64,000 nucleotides of DNA from Takakia lepidozioides (taxonomy: Eukaryota > Plantae > Bryophyta). The notes beneath the pieces were generated by a model, which was not told the origin of the DNA, made no database searches, and saw only the letters and a list, made by a program, of their open reading frames with translations. This document shows positions 1 to 11,769 of the stretch, piece after piece; positions within the stretch are counted from its first letter, which is position 1; each line of letters starts with the position of its first letter. The translations under genes were made by a program, and so were the position numbers. The DNA lies in NCBI GenBank assembly GCA_030704615.1, contig CM060732.1, positions 51,584,001 through 51,648,000 of the forward strand, given 5' to 3'.

Positions 1-80
1 CTGTGTGGGCTGTGACGACTGTGACAGGCTGTGTTGGCTGTGTGGGCTGTGACTGCTGTGTCGGCTGTGTGAGCTATGTA
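1..80. repeat. Short degenerate ~9-bp tandem repeat (CTGTG-based)
   Basis: ctgtgtggg/ctgtgacga/ctgtgacag/ctgtgttgg units repeat at the window start. Confidence 0.6.
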
Positions 81-789
81 ACCCCCCTCTACAGTGCGCT
101 GCTGTCACCCCTAAGGTTCCTGTTTGTCTCAGTCTGTGCAAAAATTAAGGGTACCCTACAGATCCCGTATAAGTGTCTAAGTCCCCTACAGTCCTCTAAC
201 AGAGAGACCCCACATCCAGACCGCGGCGGAAGCTGAAGGCTTTGTACTACGGGCGACATCCAACCTCTCGCATGGGCCAAACTTAAGCTCCAGCAGGAGA
301 TTCCATTGTCTTGCTCACAACCCGCGCCAACTGAAGCCGAGCACTCTTAGGCAAACCACTTCCTCTTTCGCTTTGTGTAACACGTGCGGTTTTCTTCGTT
401 TTTTGGTTTGTTTTCGCATCTTCAGCCTGGCAGCCCTGGAAGCGCATGGTTGCGTCGCAAAAGCAGGAGTTGTTGAGAAGAATGATCAAGGTCAGAGTGG
501 TTAGAAATGAGCCAGGTCGTTGCTGCATTCAGATTTGCAACAGGGTGCACACCTCGCTGTAGATAACAGGTTGCATCTCGGAATTAAGGAAATCCATGCT
601 AAGCTGAGAAGATGGTCTGAGCAGATGAAGTGCCTTCAAAAACATTTCACCCTGTTTTCCGTCTTATGGAATTCGTGTTCATTTGTTCATCGTGTTTCAT
701 GTTACTGGTTGAGTGAACCTTAGATAGTTTGCAATGCGATGGTGGTTTTCATTGCGATGTTGGTTCTCACGATTTTTGGGGATGACAGA

Positions 790-3700
790 GTGACGACGAG
801 CCCGACACGCTAGTGGTATCATCGACAGCTCCAACTGCTCGAGTAGTCACTCCAAAAGCCGCTACTCATCGCATGTTTGGATCGCCCAACTTGGGGCGGG
901 AGGGCAAACTAAAACCTTTTGTTGGTGGACGGGAGGACCTGCAGTGAGAGTACGACAGAATAGGCATTGGGGAGGTTGGTGCAGGCGGCATGGCAGGTGA
1001 AGGGCATTGGATGAGGACAGCAGATCCGGCAATGGAGGATGTTGATGCACATGCAGTAGGGCCCGCCCTCGCAAAGAAGAAGAAGAAAGCCAAGCACATG
1101 CAATCCCCAGCGAGAGAGCCGTCACGGGCTGTGGAGGGGGGAGTGAGCAGGGCGCGCGAGGGTGTCAGTTCGCCTCAATCAAAAGTGGTCATCCTGGAGG
1201 GCTCCCCTGCTGTTACCCCTAGTAAGAAACAGAAAGCCCGTGAGAGGGCAAAAGAGAGGGCAAAAGAACAGGCGAGACAGAAGGCTAGCCAGGAGGAAAG
1301 AGAAAAGGCCACTAAAGAGGCTAGGGGTGTCGAAATGACATATGCCCATGTAAGCGAGGGACGCACAGAGACGGTGGATCCCTCCAAGACACCACAAAGA
1401 GGCAGTAACACACCGGTTACACCATTGCGGGCAGGAGCAGCCCCCACAATTACCCATACGGTGGAGACTGGAGGAGGGGAAAGAACACCACAAAGAGCAC
1501 GGATTGTGCAAGTTCGAGGTGAAGCCGGGGAGAGGGCAGTAGAGAGGGGGAGAGTGCTCGAGGTGGTTCCGGTGGTGGTTGACCATGTTGAGGACGACGA
1601 GAGGGAGCTTTCAGACCAGGATGACATCCTTCCGGACATCCCTAGGCCCCAAACCCGGAGCATACATGCTGGATTTGGCGGTCCGGGTGGGCTGCCGGAG
1701 AACCCCCCTGCAACAGACGTCATGTCAGAGGCGGATATGAAGTTGGCTGCTGCCAAGATGTTGGAGGCAACCCACAGCAACATTGGCAGGGTCCTAGGGG
1801 GCATGGTGTACCCGGCCAAGCTTCGGATTCCCCTTTGCCGCTTGGTTTCATTGCAGGTGGTCACACCTGCCCTCCCAGGCGATATCGACAAGTTGAAATT
1901 CTCTTTCCGGGAGGGATATCGAATGGGGTCTGCCGCGTTTTATGTTTCCATGGAGAACGACCACGGAGCTTCTCGTGCCCACACTTCCGATGAGGTGGAC
2001 AAATGGGGTCCCCATTGGCAAAGGCGAAATGAGGAGTTCGAGAGATTGATTGCTACTGATCCTCTTTTCCAGCACTTGTCCGGAAAGATGTTTTACGTGT
2101 GGGACGGCAATCATCGCCTCCTGGCATGGATAGCCCAAGCCCACCCCAACGACCTAGATTGGCATTTCGCCGTGGAATGTGTTGTGCTCAAGGTTGCGGG
2201 GCCCAAAGATCGCAGTCTGCTCAAAGCGGCAATGGCAGACATCAACTCGTAAGTTACAATGCTTCTTGCTTTGGAACTTTGAATTTGAAACAGACATTTC
2301 ATTGCCAATCGTCATATTTGTTGCAAATTCTCATTTATGTATTATTTAATGGAAATGTGGCATTGCAGGGTGACTGAGAATGCCTTCATTGCCACCAACT
2401 TGTCCCATATGCTCTTCCGAGTGAAGGATGTCGGGAAGCAGGGGGTGCAAGAGTTTGCCAATTCGCTCAGTGCCGACCCCCTGCGCAAGTCGGAGGCAAA
2501 GGCAGACAGAACCTGGTATAGGCTGAGCATGGACGCCATGGTGGACTACATATTTCGGGTAAAGCTCCTCACTATTTTGTTGAGCTAATCTGTCTCTCCT
2601 CCCCCAATAGAAGAAAAAGTGTTGAGCAGGATCTCTAATCTTATGTGCGCATTCTTGACAGACAAAAATTCAGCAGGATTTGGCACATGTGCGGAGGTTC
2701 TACATGGAGTCAGAGGAGAAGAAACTAACCCTCCCGGCACTGGAATCGTATCTCAAAGCTACGGAGGTGAAGGCCCGCATCAAGTACAAGTCGCGGATGG
2801 TGAAGTACGTGGCCATAGCTGATCCCGCCCTTGGTGCCGATTTTCTAGTGGAGGTGGGGAAGCACTACTCCCGCGCTCTGAAGCCCACAATGACATTGGA
2901 GAAGCTGCATCCTCTAGCCACATCATGTGTGGATGCAACAGAAAAGGTTATACATTCTTAACCAAATTGTCGTGGCAACAATTCGTTTTTGTGGTGTTTG
3001 GCGCTTACTAATATGCTGGGTGGTTGGACAAACCCGGTGGCTCCAAATCTGGAATGGTTCCCAAAGTACAAGAGACATGTGGAGCTTCCCCAAACCCGAC
3101 AAACTGTCCGACCCCACATTCGACATGTGGATGAACCGCATGACATGGTGGTTTCAAGTACTTTCCCACGCTTCATTTGGGGCGTCTACTCTTGTATCGG
3201 ATGGATTTATTGTATTTTTTGAGGAAAACGGTCTGATGGAGAATCTCCACAGGTGACGACGAATGCGCAAGAGCAGCTTGACACACAAGCACATCAGTTC
3301 AAGCTGGAGATTTCTGGTGAAGCTGAGAGCCTACGCGACTATGTGACGAGGTACTTTCTGCTCTACAAAACCGACCTATTCTTTCGAGAGATACCCCATG
3401 CCCGCCGGAGCCACGAGTTCACCGACCAGCCGAACGCGGACAAAGCGGCAATGCGCCTTCTGTACAGGTACATACGCTGTACCTTTCTTTTTAGTCCTAA
3501 CATTTCCAGGATGTAAGAGGCCCTATGTGGCGCATGAAAATTAGTTGTGGTCCCAGGAAAAATGGCGCCGAATTTCCGAATTCGGGCCCTGGGGGATGGC
3601 TGTCTAGGGGGTGCCTGGCACTCAGTCTGGAAATTTGGTGCCATTTTTGTAGTTTCAGGCCCAGTCAGATCTGGGACTTAACCATTCTCGGCCCCAACCT

Positions 3701-6700
3701 GGGAAAATGGCGCCAAATTTCCAGTTGAGGGCCCCAAAAATGGCTAGGTCCCTGGGGTGGCTGGCACCGAATCTGGAAATTCGGCGCCATTTATCCAGAT
3801 CAGGGCAAAATTAGCTCTGGGACTTAGCCATTTTCGGGCCCAACCTGGGAAAATGGCGCATAATATCTAGTGCAGGGCCCCGAAAATGGCTAAGTCCCTA
3901 CAGTGGCAGGCACCGAAACCAGAAATTCGGCGCCATTTTTCCAGTTCCGGGCCCAGTCAGTTCTGGGACTTAGCCCTTTTCGGGCCCAACCAGGGAAAAT
4001 GGCGCCGAATTTCTAGTGAACGGCCCCGAAAATGGCTAAGTCCCTTTAGAGGCAGGCACCGAAACAGGAAATTCGGCGCCATTTTTCCAGTTCCGGGCCC
4101 AGTGAGTTTTGGGACTTTGGCATATTTGGCCCCAACCTGGGAAAATGGCACCGGTTTTCCAGTGCAGGGCCCCGAAAATGGCTAAGTCCCTACAGTGGCA
4201 GGCACCGAAACCGGAAATTCGGCGCCATTTTTCCAGTTTCGGGCCCAGTCAGTTCTGGGACTTAGCCATTTTCGGGCCCAACCAGGGAAAATGGCGCCGA
4301 ATTTCCAGTGAACGGCCCCGAAAATGGCTAAGTCCCTTTAGAGGCAGGCACCGAGACATGAAATTCTGCGCCATTTTTCCAGTTCCGGGCCTAGTCATTT
4401 TCATTCCCTAAAATTTACCTCGTTCCCGGGACCTCATTCTGTGTGTTTCTTGAATGCAGGTACTGCAAGTTCTCCCTTTTGGAGAAATGACATCTGTCCT
4501 TCGAGCCGCCATTCTTCCTCGCATGGAGGAACCCTGGGGCTGACTCCATGTGCACTGACGTTATCGTGAAGGAGTGGCATCTAGAACATTTGTGCGACTG
4601 CCCTTGGTATGTGGACCTTCCGCCCGGTTCGCTCGACCCATCCAAGTTTCAATTGAAGCTGGATGCTGAGGCTCGACGAAACCGGGCTCCGCTGCTCCGC
4701 TGCTCCGCTGGGTCCAAAGGAGGCGAGAGCGCTTTCCCAGTCCAGGAAAGCGGCAGAGCTTGCTCAGGCAGGTATTCAAGAGAAATTGAATGAGAAGAAT
4801 AAATGACAAAAGAAAAGGACACAGAAACAGGGGAGTACAGTAACCCCCAAAAAACAGAAAACCACCGGGGCACCAGAGGAGGCGCAGGAGGGGCCCCAAA
4901 GGAGTGACTCCGACAATGACTTTGTGCAAGGTCCTGCGACTGCTGCTGCTACTACCAAGTCACCGGTCGTCCGGGTTCCCAAGTCAGTTCGGTCTGGGAC
5001 TGGCTCTGCCAAGAAGTTGGCATTTGAGGGCGAGCCTACACGGCGGTATTCGGCGGTGACGTTTCCGAAGAGGCCAAAGCTAGAACCCCCAACCATCATC
5101 CAATGTGTCAATGAGAGCTTCCTTGACGCTCTGGCTGCCGGGCGAAGAAGGTGGCACACAACAAGTCTGTGGAAGAGCAGAAGGGGAAAGCCAAGAAGAG
5201 GGCTCCCAGTACAGAGCCTAAAGACACCCCTGGTTTCGAATCCATGATGGAATTCTTCACGGCTGTGAGCACGGATTGCAAGAGCACTCGGGGTGGGGTT
5301 GAGGTGGAGAGAGCCTGCGATATGATTCTCCTCGATATTCCAGATGGGGAGCTGCTGGAGGGCCTGGATGGTGTGCCCACCTGGAACAGGTTTACTGAGG
5401 ACTACTGGAAAGCCGGGTTTGGGCTGGCGGGGATGCTCCTGGATGACGGTGGATGTATGGTGGTCCTTGCCACAACAGGGAAGACCATAGACAATGCTGT
5501 GGCAAGGTGGACACCGAAAAATGTGACCCCGGTCCTCCTCAAAAAATGGTTCTGCATCAATACGCAGGGGTTGCGAACAGAGGGCCAGAGTGTAAGTTAT
5601 CAATCTATTGCATTCACTTCATATTGTGGTGTATCTGAACTAGACCCTGGAGTTGATCCCTCTTTTGTTGGATGTGCAGACATTGGTGTTTGAGGCATAT
5701 TGTTTTGTGAAGAGAGGGTCTACGTTCAAATTCTGCAACGACGGTCGTCTTGTTGATGCCGCTATGGACCCTGTTACCTACGATGTCCTCTACAACTATG
5801 TGCCCCACTCCAGTATGCCGAAGGACACAAAGACAGGCAAACCGTGGCGGTACAGCCGGACCCGGAGCCCTGCTTTCATCCAAACCCTCATGGAGACGTG
5901 CTCGGATGTCCAAAGGCGGATTCTTGCCCTCACATGCGGCACGGGTAAGCCTTCACGTGCACAGTTTGTCCCCTGGCCCGATTGCAATTGCATGCCGCAT
6001 GCTACTAACCGCCCGTTTTGTCCCTCAGGTGCCTCAATGTGGGCGACGTTGTCCGACAGGCATGTCTTCGCCTTCGAGCCAGATACTGCCCTCCACAACT
6101 CCGAACTTGCAGCGGCTGAACGTCTGCCGAAAGAGGAAGAGGCATCCTCGGAGGATGAGGAAGAATCCGACAAGGAGCAGGGGGAGGTACAAGTTGGGAT
6201 CGAGGCCGAGGAGCCCCCAGTTTACGAGTGAGTGGTCGCATTGTAAGTTGCCTCCTGATTTCGTGAGGCACCTCCCTTCGCACTCTTATTTCATTGAAAG
6301 ACCATTTTTTGCTTCTGCTGGTATTGACATTCTTAAAGTGGATTTGTTCTTACTGCAGGATGCCAAGTACTGCAGGAGGGACGTCTACACCGCAGCTCAT
6401 GGGCAGGAGGAACGTGCCTTTTTTTGCCAGGGGGGATTTCATGCCTAGTCCAGAAGGGACTACATCCTTCCTACTTATGCTGCCCGGCTTGCTTCGGTGT
6501 CCATTAGGAGGTCTTCCGAACCTAGTCGTGTACAGCAGATTTTAGATGAGGCAAGCCTCAAGAAAATGAAGATGAGGGAGGAGGCAGCAGCTATTAGAGC
6601 CCGTCAGGCTCGTAGATTTGTCTTGGATTCTGCTGAGGAAAGTGGGGGAGAAGAGGCAGAAGATTCCCAGAAGGTGAGGTGGACAGTCCCCCAAGGAGAG

Positions 6701-6817
6701 GACGGAATTTTTGAGAGGCATAGTGGAACTGATGCATCACAGAGCTCGGAGGATTGGGGGGATGAGGGGGATGAGGAGGAAGGCGGGGCAAGTTCCTCGG
6801 AGGGTGTAGGAGAGTAG
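790..6817 (+). pseudogene. Multi-exon, disrupted gene: low-complexity N-terminus, ParB/Srx-like (DGNHR) domain, and C-terminal beta-class N4/N6 DNA methyltransferase-like domain; probably TE-borne
   Basis: GT-AG-bounded exons at about 790-2248, 2370-2558, 2662-2946, ~3031-3157, 3254-3467, 4460-5591, 5680-5944, 6029-~6227 and 6359-6817. ParB-like motif KMFYVWDGNHRLLAW at ~2085-2130. MTase-like motifs in beta order: CDMILLDIPD...W...LLDDGGCMVVL, then PWRYSRTRSPAFIQTLMETCSDVQRRILALTCGTG|ASMWATLSDRHVFAFEPD. In-frame stops (~945, ~4488) and frameshifts in the 4460-5591 exon. Confidence 0.65.
3530..4400. repeat. Intronic tandem array, 146-bp unit (~6 copies, 292-bp dimer), internally palindromic
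   Basis: cgaaaatggctaagtccc recurs at 3881, 4027, 4173 and 4319 (146-bp spacing). Units contain the inverted pairs gaaattcggcgccattttt / aaaatggcgccgaatttc and gggacttagccattttcggg / cccgaaaatggctaagtccc. Confidence 0.9.
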
Positions 6818-7029
6818 TGCCCATTCCGGCTATGGCAGTTACGACACACTTGTATAGATGTGGCTTGCCACAAAATTTGCAATAAAATGTTGCATTTCAT
6901 TGTTATGACGAGTCCACTGGTGCCAAATTCCAACTTCATATGACCCTATTTCCGTGCCTCCTAACCCTATTTCCGTGGACACACAATGGTCCGCTCATGT
7001 TTTTTTTTTTCCGCTCATGCTCATGCTGC

Positions 7030-9230
7030 TCATGAAATAGCAACCCCCGTTTTGAGGTAGAACCCGTCAAGTAGGCTTAAAGAGGAGTAGTTAAGGCCTC
7101 CTTGCCGGGAGTAGTGATGATCCGCCGGGATGTATCTTAGGTCTAGTTGCTGGGTGAAGCGAGCCCATTCGTGATCCTCAGAGGATGGTGGTTTGTGGGT
7201 TTCCGTTGTGGGAGTGCCCCAGCAGGGCAATGTCTCTGTTGAAATCACCTGCTAGGATGACGTGATGGTGTTGGTTATCTGGGTGGGTAATTGTTTGGGA
7301 GATATTGTGTAGTATGTATGTTATGAGGGGGAGGTCCTCAGGGTGTGAGGGCATGTATAGATGTATCATGGTGATAGGACAGAGTGCTGGGGGGTGTAGC
7401 TGGATAATTTGAAGGTGCGACCGAAGGGGGATGGGAACCGGGAGTTTTGTGGTGGTGTTGGGAGAGTGGTGTGTGCGTTAATACCTAGTGCAACGCCTCC
7501 CCTGGTGGGTTTGTATGGAGTAGAGCGATGAGATAGGCATTGCTGGGCGGTTAGAGGAGTACCGTACAGTAAGTAATAGTCCGGTAGAAGCTTGTTTATG
7601 TATGAACTGCTAGTATTGTTCGTGTGTAACTTGGTTTCTTGGAGGAGGAAAATATGTGGTTTAGAAGAGTTGGTGAGGAGAGTGAGAAGGCTTTGTATAC
7701 TAGTAGCCAGTGACCCTACATTCCAAGAAGTAATAGTTAGTGCACAGGTGTGGATGTCCGAGGACGTGATAGGGGTAGGGTTGGGGGAGGGTGTGACCAA
7801 TGACGATTCCGCGGTTTGGGTTGCTGAGATCGGGGGATTGTATCTAGGTATCGAACTAACTGCGGTGAGTGTGGAGGTGAGGATGTCAGTGGAGAGGAAG
7901 CGAAATTTGTGGGTGGCCTCGGTAAGGTCGGTATCAGGAGCGGTTATGGTAGCGAGATGGTCGCCTAGGGTTTTATGTATAGCAACTGGTTGGGATTGCA
8001 GCAGATTGAGAGATTCATGGAGTGTGGATAGAAGGTGAGGTGGGGCTAATTAGTTGTGCGGATGCGGTGGCAACCTTTTTAGTTGGAGGAGGAGGGGGTG
8101 TAGTTGGGAAATGGAGTGGGCGTGGAGGAATCCATTACAAGCTTCTGGCAGGGATGAGATGATGGTTATAAGGGAGAAGAGAAGATGGGGCTGTGGGAAG
8201 GATTTGAGTTTTTGTAGTGCTTTAGAAAGTGCTGGGTAACGGCTAGGGGGGAACCCGAAGGTAGTGATGATTTGTGTGGGTGTGCGGACGGCGGAAGAGT
8301 GTGGCGAGAAGAAGGGCGTGAAGTGGTCACCAATGTGTCTATAGTTGTGCATGAGCGACAAGGTGTCCGGCTGGAAGTATAATGAGTATCTGTCTTGCGC
8401 GTCGGCCGAAAGATTCTGAATAATGTCGTTAATATATGTTGGCCCAGGGTTAGGTGTATGTCGCCACAACGTAGTAATATTAGGTGTAGGCATGCATTCA
8501 TATACGAGTGAAGTGACTTGGGAGGGTGGTGGTAGTAGTGTTTAGATTTGTCAAGATAAATATGGTATCGTCCGTGCGGGCCATGTGTGTGGAGAGGCGG
8601 TCGGTCAATGTAGTGCCGCACCTTGGGGTGGGGCAATCTGATGGGGGGGGGGGAGAGTGTATGGGCCGCGAGTTGCGGGAAGGGGTGAGGGCTGGTGCCG
8701 TGTGTGGGGACGAGGCAGCTAGGTGGGCTATAGTGGGGATAGTGTGGTGGGGGTGTTGGAGAGATACGCTGTGCTTGCAGTGGGTGGTGAGGAAGTGATC
8801 GGTAGGGTGGGTAAGTAGTGTGGGGGCTATGCTGAGTTATATAGTGAGGGGTGGCGGTAATAGAACTGGCATGCGAGGTGTCCATGTGTGCTAGGATTAG
8901 ATCGGGGGCTGCGTAGGGGAATAACAATGGTGGCAAGGCAACGAGTTACGCCTGGCGGCTGCCAGCAGCTAGCCCTGGTTATGGCAGTGATTAGGATGTT
9001 CCTGATGATAAGGATTGGTAACAGATACATAAAGAGGTGAGTGATTTAAAGATCTACAGTGATGAGGGTGGCAGTGATGAGAATGAATCTGGAGTTATGA
9101 ATTTTTAACAGATACGTGAAGGGGTGGTCCCGTTAACGAGCTGCAGTGGTGAATAAAGCGTGATGTGTAGAAGTAGGAGGTTACCGGGCCATCCAGGTGT
9201 TTGTGTATGGTAGACCAGCGGGTAGTAGTG
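7030..9230 (-). mobile_element. Truncated, frameshifted non-LTR retrotransposon (LINE) fragment with APE endonuclease
   Basis: APE motifs LTITSWNVGSL, HIFLLQETKL, LYMPSH and HVILAGDFNRD across ORFs 7366-7800 and 7178-7369. Upstream LLRCGDIH(x)NPGP motif at ~8440-8490. No RT visible. Confidence 0.75.
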
Positions 9231-10139
9231 AGGGGCCCGCATCATTGATGTTTATTAGTGCAGTGTGGAGAGAGTGGGAGGGTGCAGCTGCATTGGCATA
9301 ATTGTGTGTGGGCCCTGGACGGGATTGTGAAATTGGGAGGCCAATAGATGGCAATGTGGGGGAACACTCTCCAATGTGATTGGTGCTGGTCTCATATGTG
9401 GAGTCCACAGTAATGCTGCAAAGAAAGTAAGTTGCTGCACATCTTAGAGTTTGAAGGACAGAACTCATTAGAGTGCACTTCCATACTCTGGTTTCCCGTG
9501 CACCAGAGGGAACTTGAAACACAGAACCCACGAACCCTCATTTTGTGATAAGCAAACTTGCTCTAAATACTAGGATGACTATAAAAATGATTGGCAGCTT
9601 GCACGTTACATGAGGGGACTGTTGCCTTACCTTAAAGGAAATGATATAAAAACCTCCAAACAACATGATCAAGTCCAGGAAAAATGTAGTTGCTCTTGGC
9701 TTTAAATGCAACCGACATAAATAAACAGGCAGAGTAAATTGCAAACTAATGCATTCTCTTTCCATAGCAGCAGCACAATCATCAACTCAGATGCAAGCTG
9801 TGAATTTCTAAAAAAAAGTCTGCCCCCGTATTTATCCAAAACAAGTTGAGAACTAGCATGGATGGGGTTGAGCTCCTGGTCCAGCAAAACTGAAGTGTTA
9901 TCCACTGCATCCGTTGCAAATCCAATGCATATACACTTCCCAGGATGTGTGATGTGCATACCATTTTTGCCAATATAAGTGTATCATTCCCATTGCCACA
10001 TGTAGCATAGTGCCTAACACACCACTTTATCCAAATGAGTTGGGTGTTTTGAGAGAACTCACCTCTGACACATTAGCCTTTGCCTCCCCAACTAACCTTT
10101 CATGTCAATCACAATAAATCCTACATGACGATGCTCATC

Positions 10140-11700
10140 ATGGCCTCAAAGCTAGCAGCTGATGATGACAGCCTAGATTTGTTCTAGGAAACACCCAACT
10201 CAACTTCTCACACTAGTTCCTATGCTCAATTGCATCTTCTAGTACTCTCTATAATAAAACAGGCATTACCTACTTCCCAGGATTGTCCGGCCACCATTGA
10301 CTGGGAAAGAAAAGTATTCATTCCACAGCTTCTCCTCATCTCTGTTACCTGTTTCTGAATACTTTCCTGTTGTCACATTAGCAGTATCATGTCAAAGTCA
10401 CTCCAAACTATCAAAGGTTCACTCAACCAGCTAACTTGCAAAATTCAACATGGAAACCTAGGGTCGATTCTGATATGAAGGAAAAACAGGGAGAAATGTG
10501 TTGAAGAAGGTGCCTTCATTAGCAGTGCCTGATTTTATCAATTCCGCCGCTGCTGCTGAGCTTCCAGTTGACCATCTACCCATGCAGGTTGCTAGTAGCT
10601 ATTGATCCATAGGGAATCATACATAATCTGGAGCTTGAAGTCCGGTCCTCTTCAATGAATGTGGACCCACACTCTATCCCTGCTCCTTCAGCTATCCTTG
10701 CCTCTGCCCAAATCATGCATTCACCCTTGCCTTGCTGCTAGCAACTAACAATGAAAGCCTCAAATTGTTCTAGGAAACACCCAACTCAACTTATCACACT
10801 AGTTCCTATGCTCAATTGCATCTTCTACTCTCTGTAATCCAACAGGCATTCACCTTTTTGCCTTGATTGTCCCACCATTGACTGGGGTCAGTATTCATTC
10901 CACAGCTTCTTGTGGTCTCCATTACCTGTTTTTGGAGTCTTTCATGTTGTCACATTGTCAAAGTCACTCCAAACTACAAAGGTTCACTCAACCAGCTAAC
11001 TTGCAAAATTCAACATGAAAATTTAGAGCCGCTACTGATAAGAGGGGAAAAACAGGGTGAAATGTGTTGAAGAAGGTGCCTTCATTAGCAGTGTCTGATT
11101 TTATCAATTGTGCCGCTGCTGTTGCGGCTTCCAGTTGACCATCTACCCATGGATGAATCTGGACCCACACTCTATCCCTGCTCCTTCAGCTATCCATGCC
11201 TTTCATGCATACATCCTTGCTTTGCTGCTAGCAGCTGACAATGACAGCCTTGAATTGCTCAAGCAAACACCCCAACCCTACCTATCACGCTAGTTCCTAT
11301 GCTAACTTGCGTCTGCTTCCAACGTGCATTCACCTTTTTGCCTTGATTGTTCCACCACTGACTGGGTCGGAAACGTATTCATTCCAGAGCATCTCCTCGT
11401 TTTTCGATACTTTCCTATTGTCACATTGGCAGTAACATGCCAAAATCACTCCAAAACCACCATAGATCGGTCACCAATGAGCTAAGAGCCCACATTTGCA
11501 TGATGGACAAACATCTTCACATCGTACCTTAAGAAAAATCCACACCTTGCGATTGCGGTTGTCCCACCATCGAGAAGGATCTTTATAAAACTCATGCCAG
11601 CTCTGCTCCGTGCTGCAAATTCAGGGCCGAGTCTGATGAGAGGGCAAAACAGGCTGAAATAGGTCGAAGAAGAAGGTGCCCTCACCACATTGTCCTCGAC
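10140..11700 (-). pseudogene. Degenerate tandem copies of OSB/pTAC9-like PDF-motif exons
   Basis: Minus-strand translations: SWHEFYKDPSRWWDNRNRK|gt (~11545-11610), EEMLWNEYVSDP..QWWNNQGKK|gt (~11328-11400), KLWNEY..PSQWWDNQGKK|gt (~10850-10912), EEKLWNEYF..PSQWW (~10270-10340) and GPDFKLQIMYDSLWINSY*QPAWVDGQL (~10560-10650). These match the W..F..P..WWDNR..K / PDFK...LWI...P.WV pattern. Frameshifts and stops are present. Confidence 0.7.
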
Positions 11701-11769
11701 CTTGTGTCATGACCTATGGAGGATTTGATTGATCATGAACCAAGAGGACCTCTTGTGTGTGCTGCTTGT

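Noticed and set aside
1175-1891. 238-aa minus-strand ORF (also 4776-5603)
   Set aside because: Antisense to the plus-strand multi-exon gene, with no recognisable motifs.
3530-4400. CRISPR-like array
   Set aside because: Whole units repeat with no unique spacers, there are no cas genes, and the context is a eukaryotic intron.
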